From assembly GCF_009914755.1 (NCBI RefSeq), contig NC_060944.1: a DNA stretch of 64,000 bases; one strand, given 5' to 3'. The stretch is from the human T2T-CHM13v2.0 reference genome, Homo sapiens. The notes below the pieces were generated by a model. It ran no database searches. It was not told the DNA's origin and saw only the letters and a program-made list of their open reading frames with translations. Positions 53,766 through 64,000 of the stretch are shown in pieces (the stretch's first letter is position 1; each line of letters begins with the position of its first letter). The translations under genes and the position numbers were made by a program.

Positions 53766-53874
53766 CAGGGGGGCACATGGTGCCCCTCCCCTCCCAGGGC
53801 TCAGGATGAGGTCCGACTGGGATAGGATGCTTTAGGTATGGGACTTGTGCCCCAGGAGGGGGCCTCTGTCACAC

Positions 53875-55263
53875 AGAGCCTCTATAGGTGCTCCCCAATC
53901 TCTGTCCTCCCCACCCATGGTGGTCCTGGGGATGCAGACAGAGGAGGGGCACTGCATATTGCTGAGAGGGCTGGCATCCTCTCTAGGTGGAACATAGGTC
54001 ATTTGTAAAGTTGTAGGCCTGCCAAGCAATATTGGATTCAACACATTTTCTCACCTTCTCTTACCAGCCACCCTCCAGGGTTCCCTGACTCACCTCCCTG
54101 CAGATGGAGGCAAGGAGGCTCCACAGTCAAACCACAGAAGATGTATGGCATGCTGCTGGCTACCAGGGCTGTTGGGATGCACGTTCACCCTTCCCTTCAG
54201 GGACCTCAAAGTGACCAGCTTCCCCTTGAAGAATGACTCTCCAAGGCCCAGGAGCCATCTGGGGCTGCAGAGCAGCTGGCCACATGCTGCCCTGGCTTCT
54301 TCCATGTTGTGCTGGTCACTACCCACCAAGGGGGGTCAGATGCAGGCACGATGCAGGATGGTTGTCTCTGGACCTGTGTCTTGGTTATCATGGAGCTGGA
54401 CTAGGCCTGGTGACAGGGCCCTGATGGGGTTGTCCTGGGTGGTCACGGGGGTGATGAGAAAAGATGCAGAATGGAATTGCTGTGAGGATGAATGAGACGA
54501 CTGTCAGCACAGAACAGGCACCCGGTGAGTGTTCAGGGATTACCCTCAGTAGCTGCCCAGAGGCCAAAACCGCACACCTGATAGTGACTGTCCCCAAGCC
54601 AGGAGGAAGAGAGGAGAGCAGGTCCCACTCACCTGAGTCTGATCAGTGAGCTGTGTTGAGATGTGCCTGTCATCTAGAAAATGGTCCTTCACGCAGAGCT
54701 ACTCACAGACACTGCTGTGTGTCTCTAACTTCTCCACAACACAGAGGCCATGGGGACTCAGGAAGAGTGACACTGTGGGGTGACACAACCCACCACAACG
54801 GGAGCCTGCTTGGGTCAACAGGGCCCAGCGTCAGGGTCCTCTGTCCCCTGAACTGACATGTGGGTATGCAATGTGTTTGTGTATGCATGTGTGCCTGTGT
54901 GCGTGCGCGTGTGTATGTGTGTGTTTGTCTTGCTTCTCTGGACAGGCCTAGCTTCTCCACTCATGGGTGCCCCCAGGTCCTCATCACTGTCACCTTAGAG
55001 CATTAGAGCCTCTATAGGTGCTCCCCAATCTCTGCCCTCCCCACCCATGGTGGTCCTGGGGATGCAGACAGAGGAGGGGCACTGCATATTGCTGAGAGGG
55101 CTGGCATCCTCTCTAGGTGGAACACAGGTCATTTGTAAAGTTGTAGGCCTGCCAAGCAATATTGGATTCAACACATTTTCTCACCTTCTCTTACCAGCCA
55201 CCCTCCAGGGTTCCCTGACTCACCTCCCTGCAGATGGAGGCAAGGAGGCTCCACAGTCAAACC
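53875..55263. repeat. 259-bp near-identical direct duplication (53875-54133 and 55005-55263)
   Basis: Only two mismatches found by eye (ctgTcct/ctgCcct; aacaTagg/aacaCagg). Confidence 0.9.
54500..54760 (-). other. TBC1D3-like first non-coding exon with intact donor at 54633/54632 and start of intron 1
   Basis: tctgtgagtagctctg...tcagactcag|GTGAGTgggacctgctctc...cttggggacagt...ttggcctctgggcagctac...tccctgaacactcac matches the recalled TBC1D3 exon1/intron1 junction. Confidence 0.7.
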
Positions 55264-55294
55264 CCCTGCCTGAGGTCACATAGTGGCTAGCAGG

Positions 55295-55905
55295 CCACGT
55301 ACTGACTAACCGCCCCTGACCAGGTTCCCAGTAATGAGTGATGAGGCCCCTAATGACCACTCCTCCATTGACCAGGTCCCACTGATCAAGTCCCCACTGA
55401 CCATGTCTTCCTAACCAGGCCCGCACTTAATAGGCCTCATGGGCCAGACCCCACTGACCAATTTTCCACTGAGCTGGTCCCCACTGACAAAACCGGGTTC
55501 CCACTGACAAGACCACAATTTACCAGGTTGCTGCTCACCCGACCCCTCACTGAACAATTCTCCATGGATGAGTCCCCAGCTGACTGAGCCCCCTCTGACC
55601 AGGCCCTCACTGACCAGGATCCAAGCCACTAAGGCCCCACATCGACCAGGACCCTGGTATACTGTATATGCCCCACCAACCAGTTTTTCATTGTTTATGT
55701 TCCAACTGATCAGGCCCCACTAATAAGGCCACCACTGACTAGGTCCCCCCACTGACCAGGCTTCCAATGACTAGGTCACCAGGTCCCCACTGATGAGGCC
55801 TTTACTGAGGAGACCACCACTAACCAGGCCCCTGCTGATCAGGTCGCAAATGACTAGGTCCTGGTGACCAAGTCATCTCTGACCATGGTCCATTGACCAG
55901 GCCTA
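55295..55905. repeat. CCCCACTGACCAGG tandem repeat, block 3
   Basis: Same core motif; unit order differs from blocks 1 and 2. Confidence 0.9.
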
Positions 55906-57544
55906 TGAGCAACGGGACTCAAAGTCTCATTACAATGTCCCCCTCAGCTCATAGACCCTCCCTCCCTGCGTGTGTGGCCAGAGGTTAGGCCCTGGGGGTT
56001 TTTTTGAGACATGGTATTTCCTCCAAGACACAGGGAAAGACAGTTGGCCTCAGGCTCCAGGTTCCCAGCTCCACACTCACCCCAAAGGCCCTCTGGCCCC
56101 ATCTCAAAGGAGACAGTGAGGTGGCCTGACACTGCCTGGACACGCCATCTACCCTATTCCTGAGTGTCAGAGTGTGAGGAAGGGAGGGACATTTGGCAAA
56201 TGAGACACCCTGTGCTGTTGGGTCTCCCAGGGCCCTTCCCATACAGCCCCGATCTAAAGACACAACACAAAGGCTACAGGAAGACTAATCCAGAACCTCT
56301 GAGTCTCAGACAGGGACCACCTGAGGACTCTCCCCAGACAGCCAGAAGGCCCTTTGCTAGTTTCTTGGTACCTCAGTGGATGTGGCAGCAGTTCTTCTGT
56401 TGGGGACCAGTGAGTACACGCTGGGGAGGGCTCACCTGTGCTTCCTCATTGGCTCCACTTCTGCTTCTAAAAAAAATTACTCATTCCAGAGCTGGGGCAG
56501 AGAAAATACAAGATGAGCTTAGAAAATCTTCTGCCAGAAAGTAAAAAAGTGCTGACAGAGTAATGGAGACAAATCAAAGAGACATAAAGTCAGGTTGGAA
56601 TGTCTACTACTGGCCTAATCTTGGGGAATTGGAGCATCAGAATCATGAGCTTTCCTTCTCCCTTATTTATTGGTTTTATTTCTCCATGTAGAACAAAGAA
56701 GAGAATAAGAAAATAATCATCTGGCAACCATCAAAGTAATAATTGTTCAAACACAAGTCATCCATGAAATGCTAAATCTAGTGGGTTCTGAGGAGTTACC
56801 AGATATTTACAGAGCCTCAAAGTATCTCCATACAAAATACGGTTGAACTACAAAAAGAAAATCATAACATTAGTATGGACAAACCTGGCAGGTACTCCTT
56901 AAGTCTCCTAAGTAATAAAAACTGTAAAATGCAAATAAGCCTTTGATGACCTTTACTAACCTTTACTAAAGTATCGATGACGTGGTTGTTTAAACAGCTG
57001 ACATTTGGGCAATTTGAGTATGTCAAACTCAATAATACTGGTTTTCATTTGCAAGATCCACTTAAAACTTAAGGAGGTTAAAAAACATCATTTAAAATAC
57101 CCTATAAATTATCTTCATACATATGATACAAAAATATCCTACTTCAGTAAATGTTGTAATGTTATATATTTTGTGAGAAACAATTAAAACGTGTAAATAG
57201 CCTGGTAATAAAGTTTTATAATCCTTTAAATCATACAATTTTTCCTTAAGACTTTATGGTTAAATATTCTCTTTGTTAGATATGGCTTACCAGTGGATTC
57301 TAGAGAAGAAAGTAGATGGGAGCAAGTGTCCAACACAGCAACAGCTGGAAAGAAAAATAAAGAATTATGTTCTTTACCTAAAACACTTCAGTTAACTAAG
57401 TGTGCGTTTAAAAACTAAAGAGTTGAGAACTTTATCAGATTTAATAAGAATGAGAAATATGTATGTACATTTACAATACAAAATTACTATTTAATAAATT
57501 ACACATGGCATTAATTCTAATTGTGTTTAAATACCAGAGCTTTT

Positions 57545-58000
57545 TCATTCTTCATTCATGTAATCAACAGCCACATGCTAAGGTACTAGAACCAGCACTG
57601 GAATTGCAAGATGAAGATGGCATGGTCCACCTCTCAACAATCATATGCTATAAACTAAAAAAACAGACAGGAAGGCAATGTCCATATAGAGTCATAGATA
57701 CTATGATAGGTATAGAGCAGAGCACTACTGGAACACACAGAAGTGACATCTACCCACTTTTATGTCAATATCATGGGCTTTCTGGTGGAGGAGATAACAT
57801 AGATTGATACCTGAAGGACAAGGAAAAGTTTCCCAGATAGAGGGAAGAGGCGAAGGCAAAGAGCCTGAGGTGAGGAAGAGCCCTGCAGAGTTCCACTCCA
57901 TCCAGTTTGGTGCTAAAGCAAAGGGCAGAGTGCAGTAACTGGTGAGAGACAAGGCTGAGTAACTTGATGAGAATTACTTTGACATGGGAGTTTTTATTTC
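57545..58000 (-). mobile_element. L2 fragment
   Basis: ttcattcttcattcat end followed by typical decayed antisense L2 sequence. Confidence 0.55.
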
Positions 58001-58863
58001 ATGGTGAAAAATATGGAACTTTTCCTGAGAACAAGTGTAAGCCACTGACACAGTAAATGACAGGAGATTTAAAAGGCCACCTGTCAAGTGACTGCTTATG
58101 AAGGGTTATTGCTCAGCTAAGTATTTCTGAATGAGTCTTAGGTCTGTTGGCCTTCAATCTCTACCAAAACCTTTGTTTTTTGATGATGCCTTTGTTTTCT
58201 GAGAATCGTTTCAGTGTGCTGGCTGACAGTTCCATGAAGATGGCGAAACTTAAGAAAGTGTAGAGCCAGTGAAAAAGAGATGCCCAGACTTCTTAGGAAT
58301 TGTTTAAGCTATGGAACATGATGAATTTATGGTGCATAAGTACAGTCTTCTCTGTGAAAGTTTTTGTTTTCACATCTTTCATTTGAAGTGTGTAAGAAAA
58401 AAATGCTTGATGTAGTATCTACTAACCCAAGAATGAAAAGGAATGTCATTTGCTATTTACACTTTATTTCTAAAATAAACCTGAATTTAATTAATAAATT
58501 TTGGCAATGTACTTCTCTTTGTTTCTCTAATTATTTGTTCTACACAGTCTGCCTCCATCTACAATAAGTAAAAATAATATTAATGTTTAAGTTAAACAAA
58601 AACATTATCATGAAAATAAGGTATCTCTTATAAAATGTGGCCTTTAGTATTTTTAGTGACTAGACATAACTTGAAATTTGCTTAAATAGAAAAATAATCA
58701 CATTAATAAAGTAAAATTTCTACTTATTTTAAGTTTAGATAACAGAGGATGTATATGTGTAATGCTGTTTAGAGTAATCTGACAAAAATGCAGTTAATAT
58801 TAATCTATTGCATATACATGGTTTTAGAAAGGAAGTGTTTTATTAGAACAAAGGTTAAACAAT

Positions 58864-61469
<2,606 letters not shown>

Positions 61470-61614
61470 GATTAAGTAATTAAAACCATCTTTTGCAGTG
61501 AATGGATTGCTTTGAAATTCTTAGAAAACTCTGCCCTTTATAAAAGTTTAATCCATTTTTTACTTCAATAAATTTTATCTTAAAAAGAAATTTCTATTCT
61601 CTACTTATAGTAAA

Positions 61615-62790
61615 CCTTTCTTTTTTTTCTAGTTTGTATTCTGAATTAAGGTGGTACCTCTGTAGGTTTCTTTCAAAGGCATATTTACGGATGCCGAGGT
61701 TTTCAGTACAATTGAACTCATCACACAGGTAGTGAGCATAGGACCCAATAAGTAGTTTTTCAACCCTGGCCCACTCTGTTCCTCCCCATTCTTATTTCCC
61801 AGTGTCTATTATTCCCATGTTTATGACAATGCGCACCCAATGTGTAGCTCCCACATGAGTGAAAAGATGAGATATTTGGTTTCTGTTTCTGCGTTGGTTT
61901 GCTTAGAAGAGTGGATTCCAGCTGTATCCATGTTGCTGCAAATGACGTGATTTTGTTCTTTTTATGGCTGCATAGTATTCTATGGTATATATGGAATTTT
62001 CCAATCTACCTTGGATTTTCAATCTACCGTGGATGCACCTGGATTGACTCCACGTCTTTGCTATTGTGAATAGTGCTGCAATGAACATACATGTGTATGC
62101 ATCTTTTTATTACAATGATTTATTGTCCTTTTGGTATACCCCTAGTATAGTAATGGGGTTGCTGCATCCAACAGTCATTCTTAGTTCTTAATTTCCAAGC
62201 TGCTCTCCATAGTAGCTGAATTAATTTGCATTGCCACAAACAGCGTGTGTTCCCTTTTCTCCACAGCCTCCCCAAAATCTTTTTTAATTTATTTATTATT
62301 TTTTTTAACAAAAGTCATTCGGACTGGTGTGAAATGGTATCTCACTGATGTTTTGTTTGGCATTTTTCTGATGATTAGCAATGGTAGGCATTTGTTAATG
62401 TTTGTTGGCCACTACATGTGTTATTTCAAGAAGTGTCTGTTCATGTCCTTTGCCCATTTTTAATGGTGTTATTTATTTTTTGCTTGTTGATTTGTTTAGG
62501 TCTCTTATGGATTCTGGATAATAGGATAATAGGCGTTTGCTATATCCATAGTTTGTGAATATTTTCTTCCATTCTTTAGGCTGTCCGTTTAATCCCGTGA
62601 TAATTTCTCATGCTGTGCAGAAGCTATTTAGCTAAATTAGATCACACTTGTCAATTTTTGTTATTCTTGCAATTGCTTTTGAGGACTTAGCCATAAATTA
62701 ATTGACAAATATGATGTCCAGAAGAGTACTTCCTAGGTTTTCTTCCAGGATTTTTATAGTCAGAAGATGTACTCTTATGTAAGAAAAGCA
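61615..62790 (-). mobile_element. Older L1PA (PA15/16-like) 3' region
   Basis: caggtagtgagcatag..agtttttcaaccct; tgtgaatagtgctgcaatgaacatac; ctgtgcagaagctatttag. Confidence 0.8.
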
Positions 62791-62796
62791 CAAATA

Positions 62797-63091
62797 TTTT
62801 TATTTTTTTATTTTTATTTTTTTGAGATGGAGTCTCCATCACCCAGGCTATAGTGCAGTGGTATGTTCTTGGCTTACTGCAACCTCTGTCTCCTGGGTTC
62901 AAGTGATTCTCCTGCCTCAGCCTCCTGAGTATCTGAGATTACACATGCCTGCCAACACGCCTTGCTAATTTTTGTATTTTTACTAGAGACAGGTTTCATC
63001 ATGTTGGCCAGGCTGGTCTCAAACTCCTGACCTCAGGTGATTCATCTGCCTCGGCCTCCCCAAATTTTGGGATTACAAGTGTGAGCCACCG
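62797..63091 (-). mobile_element. AluS element
   Basis: T-rich tail, then gagatggagtctc...ctcctgacctcaggtgat...gtgagccaccg. Confidence 0.92.
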
Positions 63092-63214
63092 TAAGCTTTT
63101 AAGCAGTGAACTATGATAAAACCACTGTCTCCAGTCTGGGTGACTACAGTTGCCCAGAGCCCAGACTACACTAGCAAGACCCTGTCTCTTAACAACAAAA
63201 AAAAGCTCATAGAA

Positions 63215-63490
63215 CTAGGGGAGGGGAGGCTGGTTAATGGATACAGAATTACAGTTAGATAAGAGGAATGAGTTCTGGTGTTCTGTGTCATTGTAGGGTG
63301 AATATGGTTAACTATGACTTATTGTATATTTTTAAAAATGCCAAAAGATTTTGAATGTTCACAATTGAAAGAAATGAAAAATGGTTGAAGTAGTAAATGT
63401 GCTAGTTAGCTTGATCATTACACACTATATACATGTATAAAAATATCACCCTATAGCCCATATTTATGTATATATGTGTCAATTAAAACA
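63215..63490 (+). mobile_element. L1MA-type 3' end fragment
   Basis: ggttaatggatacagaattacagttagataagaggaatgagttctggtgttct...tatgtgtcaattaaaa. Confidence 0.7.
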
Positions 63491-63519
63491 AAAGAGAAGC
63501 TACATTCATCCCATTTAAA

Positions 63520-63910
63520 ACAAAGAATATGGGCCAGCCTTACTGACTTCCTTCTAATGAGTAGAATGTAGAGAAAGGGATACCATGTGGCTTCCCTATA
63601 TCAGACTGTTTTCCCTTGGAACCCAGCCCCAATTGTGAGAGCCATTAGGCCACAAAGAGAGCCTGAAAGTGCCTGTGTCAGTGTTCATGCTGCCTGTCCC
63701 AACCAAGTTTACAGCCGATGGCCAGCATCAACCATCAAACACGTGGGAGAGCAAAGCTTCAGAGGATTCCATTTCCCCAACTGATCAGCTGTTCCTAGGG
63801 AAGCTGAAGGGAGCAGAGACAAGCTGTCCTGGCCAAGTTTTTCCCAAACCACAGGTTCATGAACAAAATAAATGTTTTTCTTTCAAGCCACAAAACTCTG
63901 GGTAATTGTT
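63520..63910 (+). mobile_element. MLT1-type LTR fragment
   Basis: gccagcatcaaccatcaaacacgtg...aaataaatgtttttctttcaagccac...gtaattgtt. Confidence 0.6.
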
Positions 63911-64000
63911 AGGAAAATAAGTTTTAAAAAGAGACAACAGGAAACATAACTTATGCAGCAGAAAAGAGTCCCCTTTAAAGCAGGATCTAATAAATGTTGA

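Noticed and set aside
54090-54329. Faint SRCR-like peptide (DQHNMEEARAACGQLLC)
   Set aside because: Too few conserved residues, no exon boundaries, and it lies in presumed intron sequence.
56500-58860. Possible ANKRD18/20/26-family terminal exons, expected from the cassette context
   Set aside because: No recognisable peptide or splice pattern; expectation alone is insufficient.

Overview
This is hominoid (most likely human) genomic DNA with no intact protein-coding gene that I can support. It is a mosaic of the kind found in pericentromeric segmental duplications. The ZNF114P - CYP4F-fragment - SNX18P order matches the cassette I recall from 21q11.2 and its paralogs, but the exact paralog cannot be fixed from sequence alone. 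Positions 1-15 kb are interspersed repeats plus a ZNF114-derived pseudogene. On the minus strand, four decayed exons of a TBC1D3/USP6/TBC1D26-family gene (17932 to 16138, with their introns) run directly into three CYP4F exons (15767 to 14949). An LTR32-like element offers a same-strand AATAAA at about 11390, and a TBC1D3-like first non-coding exon lies at about 54.7 kb. Between these lie two diverged copies of one module: TBC intron/exon + CCACTGACCAGG satellite + MST LTR element + SNX18 retrocopy + hairpin unit. In copy A the hairpin unit is amplified; in copy B the MST element is amplified into an ~18-kb array of ~3-kb units. Throughout 17-54 kb, unrelated elements carry short locally templated inversions and fold-backs. 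An ACTB 3'UTR retrocopy, an ERV-internal fragment and several L1s (including a young L1PA2/3-type) complete the window. Family assignments come from recalled sequences, not database searches.
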